Assembly: GCA_965233585.1 (NCBI GenBank)
Contig: CBDDTI010000729.1
Coordinates: forward strand, 72,080-136,079
DNA length: 64,000 nucleotides
Reading direction: 5' to 3'
Origin: a bacterium
GTDB taxonomy: Bacteria > SAR324 > NAC60-12
In this document: positions 23,001 to 33,302 of the stretch, in pieces
Numbering within the stretch: position 1 is the stretch's first letter
Layout: each line of letters starts with the position of its first letter
Position numbers and translations under genes: made by a program
Notes under the pieces: generated by a model
Told to the model about the DNA's origin: nothing
Databases searched by the model: none
Seen by the model: the letters and a program-made list of their open reading frames with translations, nothing else

Positions 23001-24832
23001 ACATCTAACGTTTGCCTTTGCATGTCTTGAATCCGAAACGTCATCACGTAGCCAATGGTTTGGTCTGATGTGCCAATCCTTGCATTGAGTTGGTCTAAAA
23101 CATAAATTCCCATATTTTGAATGATAGGCATGACCTGTGTCAGATTGATTTTGCCTTTGCAATAGATATAAAGCAAAGTCGTCTGTTCAGAAAGGGCAGA
23201 ACCTGTGAAAACAAAAGGTTTCATGTTGAATAAGAATTCTTCACCACTTGTGAGTTGTTCAAGGTAAAAAATATCTTCTGCGGCATCTTCGGGGCTGGTT
23301 CTGCTTCTGTAATGACTTGGGAGCCAAGGCAGATACTTTGTGGCTCGTTCGTAAAGTCCTGTTGAAAACTTTTGATGAATGAAATCAATCGTCAAAGATT
23401 CCCACGACTTCAAGGCATCGTTCAAATCTTTGAGGATTTTATCTAGGTCTGGTCTCCATTTACCGTTGAGGTCAAAATAGATATGAAGCCATTGAGTTTG
23501 AACACTGCGAATGGTGAGGAGTTCATAATCCTGATGAGGAATTTGTGATTTAAGATAGTTGAGAGTTTTTTCAACATTGACTCGGTTGAAGATGTCAGTA
23601 GGCAAAACAATCAAAAGACAAACCGATTGCCTTTCAGGAAAAGGATAAAAGAAGGCACGGATTTCATTGGGATTGTAGATTAAAAGTAGGTCTTCAATCA
23701 TACGTGCAAGCGTTTGTTGTGGAAGCCAAAACAGCTCAAACTTGGGAATCACACTGCTTAAACGAATGGTCTGGTTGTAGCTGTAGCTTGAAGGAATCAT
23801 ACGAAATTGCTCAAAAATCTTTTGCAGTTTCAGATGAATGATTGGAGTCTCTAAATTGCTAGCATGTAAAGAACTTCTGCGAATCAAGCCAACAAAGACA
23901 AAGTGTTGATGAGAACGACTTGAAGATTGAAAACGCAAGCAGATTAATTTTTCTGCACTTTGAACAGGGCTGATGGCAGAGAGGTTTTCAAAAGCAAAGG
24001 GTTCTTGATCCCTGCCCTTCCATAAATCTGCCACAAGTTTTTGGTCAAGGTGGGTCTTGTCTTTTTGCAAATGATCACTGGCAAGCAATCCAAGTCCTGA
24101 TTCTTTGTCTAGCGATGGCTTTTGATTAGGTTCAAATTGGACTTCAACATATCCCAAAAAGTGAAAGTGTTGACGTTCAAGCCAGCCAATTAAGTCAATC
24201 CATTCTTGCTTAGGATGTTCTGATTGAACATCTCCAGACTCAATTTCTGCTTTGACCATAGCAGTTTTGGATTGAATTTGTTTTAAATCTCTTGCCACAC
24301 ACTCCACAGCGTTTAAGTGCTGTTGAATGGTGAGTTTGAGGTTGTCCAAATCAATGCCATCTATTCGGTCTAATTCCAAATAAATGCAACAATAGCTTTC
24401 TTGTCCTTCTGATTGAGGTAGAACATTGACCAAGACTTGATTTTTAATCACTACTCCTAAAATAGGATTGAGCCGAAAGACAATGCTGATTCCCAGATTT
24501 CGCAACATCATTTCCAGAGTCATTAGCAAATGCAACATATCTGGGTAGATGAGTTCCAGTGCAATCTTTTCTGAAAGAACAGGCTTAAAAAAGCGAAAGT
24601 CTCCTTTTTGTTTGACAGATTCTTCAAAAAAACTATGACGTTCACGCATGAACTTCATCAGTTCCACATCACTATAATTTTCTAAAGCTCTCTCTGGGAC
24701 GCTTTTCATGTAAGCATGAGAAAAGGCACAAAAAAGTGTGTCTTCGCAAGACTCCAAAAATTTTGAAAACTTTTCTTCTGCACTTTCTACACCCTGAATG
24801 TTGGGATTGTTCTGAATCATAAGGCACTCCAA
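20072..24832 (-). CDS. Large NAD-specific glutamate dehydrogenase
   Basis: RGGLRWSDR, VVAADKGTATFSD, GDMSGDVFGNG, EGANLG, DNSAGV; 1586 aa. Confidence 0.93.
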   Translation of the reverse strand: MECLMIQNNPNIQGVESAEEKFSKFLESCEDTLFCAFSHAYMKSVPERALENYSDVELMKFMRERHSFFEESVKQKGDFRFFKPVLSEKIALELIYPDMLHLLMTLEMMLRNLGISIVFRLNPILGVVIKNQVLVNVLPQSEGQESYCCIYLELDRIDGIDLDNLKLTIQQHLNAVECVARDLKQIQSKTAMVKAEIESGDVQSEHPKQEWIDLIGWLERQHFHFLGYVEVQFEPNQKPSLDKESGLGLLASDHLQKDKTHLDQKLVADLWKGRDQEPFAFENLSAISPVQSAEKLICLRFQSSSRSHQHFVFVGLIRRSSLHASNLETPIIHLKLQKIFEQFRMIPSSYSYNQTIRLSSVIPKFELFWLPQQTLARMIEDLLLIYNPNEIRAFFYPFPERQSVCLLIVLPTDIFNRVNVEKTLNYLKSQIPHQDYELLTIRSVQTQWLHIYFDLNGKWRPDLDKILKDLNDALKSWESLTIDFIHQKFSTGLYERATKYLPWLPSHYRSRTSPEDAAEDIFYLEQLTSGEEFLFNMKPFVFTGSALSEQTTLLYIYCKGKINLTQVMPIIQNMGIYVLDQLNARIGTSDQTIGYVMTFRIQDMQRQTLDVNRYKVLFTDLLKAALLGRVENDPLNALCLLAEMSWEAIRVVVMYRNLYFQLKQPYSIDQINTALLAYPQHTLKIFQYFETKFSCETSFGTKDYRQSSLLPELEKEFIDSLRNVKEVVTDAIFRRLFELISATLRTNFYIPKTDANETFLSVKLCLRSLENIPSPVPYREIYVYDSTVEGVHLRFGAVARGGLRWSDRHNDFRSEVLNLVQTQQTKNVVIIPNGSKGGFIVKKKVSAAELPQEGQRQYQRFIRSLLDITDNLDFNRLPKHPNHVICYDDYDPYLVVAADKGTATFSDFGNAEAEHYEFWLGDAFASGGSVGYDHKKEGITARGAWECVKLHFAEMGRDIQNEPSTVIGVGDMSGDVFGNGMLLSQQILLVAAFNHKHIFLDPTPNAQESWQERQRLFHKPRSGWNDYQTQLISQGGGIFERNAKEVTLSPEVQKMLGVQVKTMTGEELICAILKMPADLLWFGGVGTYIKSDDQTHADVGDHANNLTRIDVSQCQVKVIGEGANLGMTQPARIQFAKQGGRGNTDAIDNSAGVNMSDYEVNIKVLLQQLLQQGKLESLEDRNATLREATDEVSNLVLANNRAQHRLLSMDEHRTKTEFRNFKNLTRYLVAKQNLDAESEKIPTRGELERMEERQESIPRPVLAILQAYVKMNICNELEHSKILDHDFLKTFYQNYFPQTLLNKFADSLPFHPLRREITCAIVVNQIVNQAGMTFFYYVQSVTQASAEQIASIYLFLDASFDMTQYRYTILQSETFVLDKYRALIHSENFLRQATISFLQHQQQFQFQEVSNYLKFWKQAKTELLKNIEDSIIKGWQDLGFDEQTAQTIAIFESITTLPDALYLHFEQEISFDLALQASYLIDHTFKLQWIETQLTSMKLRSDWEIAQQEILLQNLHLRKSDLTQYFIKEWKPKGLDNVDAEVVRAKALEDFGTPLHAYFSAIEQIQSNAIGNLTAFSVCINQLNLL

Positions 24833-25039
24833 TAGGATAGATAAAAAACCACCCTGCTAGGTTACACGATTTTCTGAAAAATCAAAGGTTTTTCTCAAAA
24901 AAAGTAAAAAAACTACCCTGAGCGAAGAGGTGAGCTGATTAAGAGTTGGAGAACTGTTGGAGAGATTCGTTGGAAGGTTAGGGAACTAAAGACGTGTGAG
25001 GCACATTTTTAGAACCCTAATTTTTTGAGATGGTAGGAG

Positions 25040-25285
25040 TTATTGACGAGGTCGTGCTTTATTGACTTTCAGATTCCTTCCTTTGACGTTGCGTTCGTTC
25101 AGATTATCAATCGCCGTTTGAGCCTCTGACTCTTGCGGCATTTCAACAAACCCAAATCCTTTAGAACGTCCAGAATAGCGGTCTGTAATCAGATGGACTT
25201 CTGACACTTCCCCAAACTCTGCAAAGAGGTCTCTTAATTCGTTTTCACTGACGGTGTATGGCAAGTTGCCTGCGTAGATATTCAT
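25040..25285 (-). CDS. RRM (RNP-1) RNA-binding protein
   Basis: MNIYAGNLPY, SKGFGFVEM, LKVNKARPR. Confidence 0.92.
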   Translation of the reverse strand: MNIYAGNLPYTVSENELRDLFAEFGEVSEVHLITDRYSGRSKGFGFVEMPQESEAQTAIDNLNERNVKGRNLKVNKARPRQ

Positions 25286-25493
25286 AATATAATCCTTAAA
25301 AATGAGAAACACGTTTTTCAAAAAAACCTTCAACAACAAACGTGCAATATTGCTAAAAGCCAATCTTTAAATTCTAAAAAAAGTGTGTTTTTTTGTCAAA
25401 CTTTTTTTGACAAAAAATTTTTAATTTTTTAGATTCAGGTCATTTTTCTAATGAAGACAGCCCATTGTACAATAGTTTGGACAAGTGTTGAAG

Positions 25494-26066
25494 TTAAAAA
25501 TGAGAGGCAAGTAAAAAAACTTCTACACTTTCTGAGCGAGAACTTTGAGGTTTGCAGATTTTGACCTGTTTGCAATGTTGTTTTAGTTGGTTAAGAAAGT
25601 CTTTGAAGTGTTCACCTTGAAAAACTTTGACCAGAAAAAAGCCATGATGGTTTAAAGTCAAGCGGGAAATCTCAAAAGCTTGGCATGCAAGGTTGTATGA
25701 CCTTTGCGCATCAAGGCTTTTGATTCCTGTTGTTTGGGGTGCTAGGTCGCTTAAAATGACATCAAATTTGTTTTTCTGCTCTGTTTTCCAATCTACTTGC
25801 CAAATATCTGCTTGCTTGGCTTCAACCCATTTGGGCAGTGAAACAGACAAAGGTTTGAGGTCAACCCCAAGAACCCTGCCAGATTCTCCAACCTGCTTTG
25901 CCGTATATTGCAACCATGCACCCGGCGCACAACCTAAATCTAAAACACACCCACCTTTTTTGAGTATCCGATATTTTTGGTTAATCTCTTCCAATTTATA
26001 TGCGGCACGTGAGGCATAGCCTTCTTTTTTGGCTTTCTTAAAATAGTGGTCTTGGATTTTTTTCAT
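25494..26066 (-). CDS. rlmE: 23S rRNA Um2552 methyltransferase
   Basis: SRAAYKL, DLGCAPGAW, SDLAP, SSRSESVE. Confidence 0.92.
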   Translation of the reverse strand: MKKIQDHYFKKAKKEGYASRAAYKLEEINQKYRILKKGGCVLDLGCAPGAWLQYTAKQVGESGRVLGVDLKPLSVSLPKWVEAKQADIWQVDWKTEQKNKFDVILSDLAPQTTGIKSLDAQRSYNLACQAFEISRLTLNHHGFFLVKVFQGEHFKDFLNQLKQHCKQVKICKPQSSRSESVEVFLLASHF

Positions 26067-26105
26067 TGAGAGGTTCTGAGAACGTGATTGGGCAAATGCA
26101 GAGTT

Positions 26106-26927
26106 TTACCAATAAGGATGCCCCCAAATGCTTTCAATAAACAAAGCACTAGCCAGATATGCACCAAATGAAGGATAAGGGTCGTAATAGGCATAGAGAG
26201 GATAATCATCTCTCTCATCTTCCCTATTTTGATAGTTCGCATCCCTATTTTGTTCTTGACGAAGCATGAGCTGTCTCTGTGCTTCTGCCTGTTTTTTATA
26301 CTCTTCATAGCGCTGTTGATTGAGTTCTGCACCCTGCAAAATGACATCTTCCAACACATCATGTCCTGACACAGCACCTTCTTCGTCTTCGTATCCTAAA
26401 TCATCTTCAGTCAGTTGCTCTTTGACAATGTCTTCCAATTCATCAAACAATGTTCCCATAGAAAGGTCAAAACGCCAATCAGGGTTTTCATAAAACTCTC
26501 CATAACTTAACATGGCTAAAAAGACTAATCGGTAGGGGTCAATTCCCTTAAATTCTGCGATGGCAACACGCAAATCCACCCAACACACATCTTCCAAAAA
26601 GTCAGACTGTGGGTCAGCAAATTTGCCTAATTCCAAATCAACATGAGCAAAAATGTCAAAATGTGTTTTGTATGAAAGTTGTTGCATCAAAGTCGTTTGG
26701 TACAACTCTTGCCCCTTGTAAGAGGTCGTGTAAATTTGCTCTTCATTGACTTCCACTAAATTTCTGTCTTGCATTAAATTCAGTGTGGGTTCCAGCAATT
26801 TATCGTCTTTTTCTAGTAAAGAGGCATGGATTTTGGATTGTTGAGCAATGAGATGGTCTAGCATTAAAATTGCAGAAAACTGATTTTTGACATCAAGGTC
26901 AAGTTGAGATTTACTTGTGTTTCCCAT
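26106..26927 (-). CDS. Hypothetical acidic protein (possible N-terminal winged helix)
   Basis: 273-aa ORF, no family recognised. Confidence 0.65.
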   Translation of the reverse strand: MGNTSKSQLDLDVKNQFSAILMLDHLIAQQSKIHASLLEKDDKLLEPTLNLMQDRNLVEVNEEQIYTTSYKGQELYQTTLMQQLSYKTHFDIFAHVDLELGKFADPQSDFLEDVCWVDLRVAIAEFKGIDPYRLVFLAMLSYGEFYENPDWRFDLSMGTLFDELEDIVKEQLTEDDLGYEDEEGAVSGHDVLEDVILQGAELNQQRYEEYKKQAEAQRQLMLRQEQNRDANYQNREDERDDYPLYAYYDPYPSFGAYLASALFIESIWGHPYW

Positions 26928-26987
26928 AAACTGTTGCGTGATAAGAGATGGAATTATACAATGTTGTTAAACGAACGATGAGGTCTT

Positions 26988-27275
26988 ATGCCTGAGTATC
27001 AAATCCGTATTGCTGGAGAACCCTTTTCTGTTTCTTCAGAACACACACAAGACCGTATCAGTGAGATTGAATCTTTGTTAAATACTTATATTGAAAAAAT
27101 CCCTAGTCAGGTGGTAGGGTATCGTGAACGTCTTATTTTGGCAGCTCTCATTATGACGAATGACTTATTAAGTGCCAAAGCAGACGCAGGCTCGTCAGAT
27201 GAGATGAACCGAATCAAAACCATGTGTGACCAACTGGCTGAAGCCTGTGAATCTACCATGTACCTTAAAAAATGA
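26988..27275 (+). CDS. zapA: Cell division protein ZapA
   Basis: IRIAGEPF...LILAALIMTNDL pattern, size, RBS GAGG, followed by a 6S-like RNA. Confidence 0.8.
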   Translation: MPEYQIRIAGEPFSVSSEHTQDRISEIESLLNTYIEKIPSQVVGYRERLILAALIMTNDLLSAKADAGSSDEMNRIKTMCDQLAEACESTMYLKK

Positions 27276-27556
27276 ACGCTCCTGCGCTATTTGCTATGAA
27301 AGTTTTGTTGCCTCAGAACTCTATTTAAGGAGATTGTCCCTCAAGGTGGTGTGTATGCCTTTTCAAATATAGGAATCCTGAAGCCTTGATATTTAGGTCA
27401 GGCATGCTGAAGTATGATTTATTTTAGCTTGCAATAGAATCCATTTTTAAAACATCTGGATTCAGTTTTAACCTAATTTCTACTTTTGTAGAATTACTAA
27501 TCTCCACCTGACAACATCAGGTAGATAAAAATTTCAGGCGGTATCTGTGGCGGCGT

Positions 27557-27560
<4 letters not shown>
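27272..27560 (+). ncRNA. ssrS: 6S RNA, expanded (~290 nt)
   Basis: Downstream of zapA; closing stem ATGAACGCT/GGCGTTCAT, TGAAAGTTTT/AAAAATTTCA, central bubble, inner stem GGAGATT/AATCTCC, 3'-bubble hairpin ACCTGA/TCAGGT. Confidence 0.75.
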
Positions 27561-29850
<2,290 letters not shown>

Positions 29851-29857
29851 TCTTTTC

Positions 29858-29944
29858 CATCAGGTAGTGAGTGATGCAAAGGCGCCAGGGGTTAATGATA
29901 TTAACGCCGATATGAAGAGTTAACCGACTTCCCGCTACCTGATG
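29858..29944 (+). ncRNA. Structured tRNA-like small RNA, unit 1
   Basis: 12-bp closing stem CATCAGGTAGTG/CGCTACCTGATG; 87-nt repeat of 30087-30173. Confidence 0.65.
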
Positions 29945-29967
29945 CCCTTCAATTTTCCGCTTAATCG

Positions 29968-29996
29968 TTGACAAGATTTCTTCAGTGTTCTACACT
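29968..29996 (+). promoter_or_regulatory. Sigma70-type promoter upstream of the intervening hairpin and RNA unit 2
   Basis: TTGACA-17 nt-TACACT. Confidence 0.7.
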
Positions 29997-30086
29997 GACT
30001 CCTAGCTTCTCTGTTGTAGATGCAATCAAGATAATCAGGTTTTGGCTTGTGGCTTCAGTGCCGCCTGACTTGGTTATCTTCTTTTT

Positions 30087-30173
30087 CATCAGGTAGTGAG
30101 TGATGCAAAGGCGCCAGGGCGAGATAATTTCAAAGCCGATATTGGGAACTAACCGACCCTCCGCTACCTGATG
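30087..30173 (+). ncRNA. Structured tRNA-like small RNA, unit 2
   Basis: Same scaffold as unit 1 with variable 15-nt, 7-nt and 3-nt segments; overlaps the stop of the antisense ORF. Confidence 0.65.
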
Positions 30174-30472
30174 CTCTTTAAAACACCTTCTTTTAATTTA
30201 TCCTCAATATCTTTTAAATCTACCTTAAAAGCTGTTTTAACGCTTTGGGAAAAGACCTCTTTCTCTTTAAAATTAGGGTGAATGATCACTTTAATCACTT
30301 TGTCATTTTTGAGCTTTCTGATGAACAATAGATTGCTATCTTTTTTTTGCAAATAGACTGCATCAGGGTTGGCAAGAATGTCAGGCAGCTGCATCCATTC
30401 TTCAGGAGACAAGGCATTTTGAGACTTGGCATGACGTGCTGCTTTTGTGCCAGAAAACAAAGAAGATTCCAA
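30164..30472 (-). CDS. PBECR (Barnase/EndoU/ColicinE5-D/RelE-like) nuclease-fold protein, possibly 5'-truncated by IS1
   Basis: RH...LSPEEWMQLPDILANPDAVY...NLLF...KVII...VKTAFKV resembles MuF C-terminal PBECR domains; frame open upstream to 30517. Confidence 0.6.
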   Translation of the reverse strand: MESSLFSGTKAARHAKSQNALSPEEWMQLPDILANPDAVYLQKKDSNLLFIRKLKNDKVIKVIIHPNFKEKEVFSQSVKTAFKVDLKDIEDKLKEGVLKSIR

Positions 30473-30509
30473 GACAATAGGCTCATCAAGAACACACCCC
30501 GTCCCGTTG

Positions 30510-31150
30510 GGCAGTGTTCACTTGGTGTTGCTATTGGATGTAAGAGTGAATTTGAGGAATGGGGATGAGAAGTTGTCATCATTGTGGGAGTCAGACTTAC
30601 ATCAAGAATGGAAGTTGCAAAGGAGTGCAGAGATATGTTTGCAAATCATGTGGGAGGTCGTTCAGTTCAAATGGGTTGAGAATCCCACTAGAGACGAAGC
30701 GTCAAGCTTTAGAAATGTATGTCAATAGTGTAGGCATCAGAAAGATAGATCGTTTTGTAAAAAGCCAAAGAGTAGCTGTTTGGACAGCCTATTCTCGTCA
30801 AGAACAATGTGTGATTGCCTTTGTGATAGGCAAAGGATTAGCAGCAGCAAAGCAGCTGTATGCACTAGTCAAAGCACAACGAGCTAGAATTGAAACGATT
30901 TATACAGATGCCAACTCATGCTATCAAGTGGCATTTGCTCAATGACAGATTCCAGAGAACCATGAAATCGGTAAAAAAAGACTCATCTCATTGAATCTTC
31001 TAATTCTTCCATCAGAGATAACCTAGCTCGTTTTATGAGAAAATCAAAACGACATTCTAAAACTTTGGACATGCTGGAACACTCTCTCAAACTCTTCTTT
31101 CACTATAAAAGACTTGAAAAATATCATGCCAACAACAAGTGAACACTCCG
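30510..31150 (+). mobile_element. Degenerate IS1-family element
   Basis: Terminal IRs GGCAGTGTTCACTTGGTGTTG and CAACAACAAGTGAACACTCCG; InsA zinc ribbon (CHHC...QRYVCKSC) joined through an internal deletion to InsB (VWTAY, YTDANSCY), then a stop; no target duplication seen. Confidence 0.88.
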
Positions 31151-31604
31151 TGTGAAAATAGGGGCAGGAATCCAGTCATGTAAGAATCTGTGCTTGGTTT
31201 AAGATGGATTCCGTGTCAAGCACAGAATGACTAACAGATTGCAGACTTGTTTTTTGGTCATTGCTCACCTTGTTCCGCAATCTCTCTTTTGTTTTTTGAG
31301 ATTCCGTGTCAAGCACGGAATGACGGCTTGCTCTTTTTCTCATTCCCCTGTCATTGCTCACCTTGTTCCGCAATCTCTATACAACCGTTATTGCGGGCTT
31401 GACCCGCAATCTCTTTCTTTTTCCCAGCTTCTTCATTTTCCCAAACAATTCTTGTTTTTTGAGATTCCGTGTCAAACACGGAATAACAACTATTGTCATT
31501 CGGAGCGAAAGAACGTCCCCCCTGTGAAAACAGGAGCAGGAATCCAGTCACGTATAGGAATCCATGCTTGGTTTAAGATAGATTCTGCATCAAGTGCGGA
31601 ATGA
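31151..31604. repeat. Cluster of REP/RPE-like palindromes with an ~80-bp direct duplication
   Basis: GATTCCGTGTCAAGCACGGAATGAC-type, GTCATTGCTCACCTTGTTCCGCAATCTC (x2) and ATTGCGGGCTTGACCCGCAATCTC; 31151-31230 resembles 31524-31604. Confidence 0.85.
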
Positions 31605-31713
31605 TTCAGTGCGGTTTGCAGGATTGAGTTTGAAAATCAGTCAGAATTTTGACAAAATCAATTCTTTAGAAAACTTTTGATTCAAAAATTTTTTGAAAAT
31701 TGGGGTTGTCTGA

Positions 31714-33273
31714 ATGATCATGATGAAGTCTCTATCTTGTCAAATATGGGTTTTGGTTGCCGCTTTTATTTTCTTTTGCAGTCCTCTTTCTGCCTCTAAA
31801 ATTGCAGTTCTGACTCCTGAAATTACCTACACAACTCGTTCTTTGAGCTGGTTGAGCCTCTTTTTGCAAGAACAAATTGAACTAGCATTGCAGCAGCAAG
31901 ACCTTGCAGTCATGCCTTCTGAAGTTTTGAGATATTGGGAGGCTAGAGTGACAAATCCACAACAGCTTTTCCAACTTACTCAAACTTCGTCTATTCTCAA
32001 AATTGAGTTTCAGACGGTGCTTAATCAGATTTCAATCAGTGCCAGCTTGATTCAAAAAAGCCAAAAGGTAACAGATTTGGCAGAACATGAATTTGAATGG
32101 AGGAGACCCCGTGATTTTTTGGGGCAAACGTTTAAAACTCTCAAATTCTCAAGGTTTGACGCCACACAAGCAAGGATTGCTCAACTGGGGAACTGGAAGG
32201 AATTGGAGGAGTTTTATCGTTGGAAGCAAAAAGCACCTGTTGGCAACTGGAATCAAGAAATCTTGCAACTGGAAGCCATGGCAACGACGCCTGCTGCTGC
32301 TTTAGAACTGGCATCAGTGCAACTTTTGCAGTATTGGCAAACACGAGACCCGCAGATGTTAGAAGCCTTGCAAACACAGATTGCAAAAGGGTTGTCATCT
32401 CATCAGTATGCCAGTCATTATCATGCTCTTGCCTCACAACTCAACTACATTTTGGGTCGCATGAGTGAGTCAAAAACTGATGCGATTGTGGCACGTTCTA
32501 AAAACAAACAAAATTTGATAGCCAATGCCATGTATGGAGTCAATGTAGGCATCAAACATCACGAGGGCAGACGTTTCATCCGTTCTGCAATAGAGCAATT
32601 TCCGCCACTCATACAACCTGAATACTTTCAACAACACAAATTGCCACAATATGAAATCCTTTCAAATCTTATCAAAGAAGCATGGGCTGATGTTTTTAAT
32701 CTACGGGAGTATCTTCAAATCACTTATCAAGCGAGGCAGGCTATCAAGCGGCAACAATGGTACGAAGCCTCACAGCTTTTTTATCAAGCACTTCAGCTGA
32801 TTCCCAATGAAATAGAATCGTTGATTGGTGTTGCCCAAACCTTGATTGGAGCAGGTCAATATTCTGATGCACTGTCTTATCTTGAAAGGCTGGAGCAACA
32901 ATTTTTAGACCACCCTACCATTTTGATTTACAAAGCATTAGTTTTTGAAAGATTAAATGAAGTGGTCAAAGCCAAACGTCTGTATCAACAAATTCTTGGC
33001 ACAGACCCCAAAAATTTTCAGGCATTACTGCGTTTAAGTGCATTACTCACCATCACACAAAACTACCAAGAAGCCGAGACGTTTTTGAAAACTTTGACTG
33101 TTTTTTACCCCCAATCACTCAAAGCATGGAAGGAGTTAGGTCTTGTTTATTGGAGGCAAGGCAACAAAGCAGAAGCTAAGAAGACATGGCAACAAGGCTT
33201 ACTTTTAAAGCCTGATGACCCGACTCTCAAAGATTATTTACAAAGATTGCAATCTGAAACCTCAAATCAATAA
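31714..33273 (+). CDS. Secreted TPR-repeat protein
   Basis: Signal peptide; C-terminal TPRs (AWKELGLVYWRQGNKAEA...LKPDD). Confidence 0.8.
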   Translation: MIMMKSLSCQIWVLVAAFIFFCSPLSASKIAVLTPEITYTTRSLSWLSLFLQEQIELALQQQDLAVMPSEVLRYWEARVTNPQQLFQLTQTSSILKIEFQTVLNQISISASLIQKSQKVTDLAEHEFEWRRPRDFLGQTFKTLKFSRFDATQARIAQLGNWKELEEFYRWKQKAPVGNWNQEILQLEAMATTPAAALELASVQLLQYWQTRDPQMLEALQTQIAKGLSSHQYASHYHALASQLNYILGRMSESKTDAIVARSKNKQNLIANAMYGVNVGIKHHEGRRFIRSAIEQFPPLIQPEYFQQHKLPQYEILSNLIKEAWADVFNLREYLQITYQARQAIKRQQWYEASQLFYQALQLIPNEIESLIGVAQTLIGAGQYSDALSYLERLEQQFLDHPTILIYKALVFERLNEVVKAKRLYQQILGTDPKNFQALLRLSALLTITQNYQEAETFLKTLTVFYPQSLKAWKELGLVYWRQGNKAEAKKTWQQGLLLKPDDPTLKDYLQRLQSETSNQ

Positions 33274-33302
33274 ATTCGTCAAAAGTTTGGCAAAGTATAG
33301 AA

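Noticed and set aside
27515..27524. CATCAGGTAG match to the 5' end of the RNA units (also near 42623)
   Set aside because: Only about 10 nt; here it belongs to the 6S 3'-bubble hairpin and the other lies inside a CDS, so chance is likely.
29858..30173. CRISPR array or true tRNA genes
   Set aside because: Only two units, variable segments lie inside a folded scaffold, no cas genes nearby, and no canonical D/T loops, anticodon arm or CCA.
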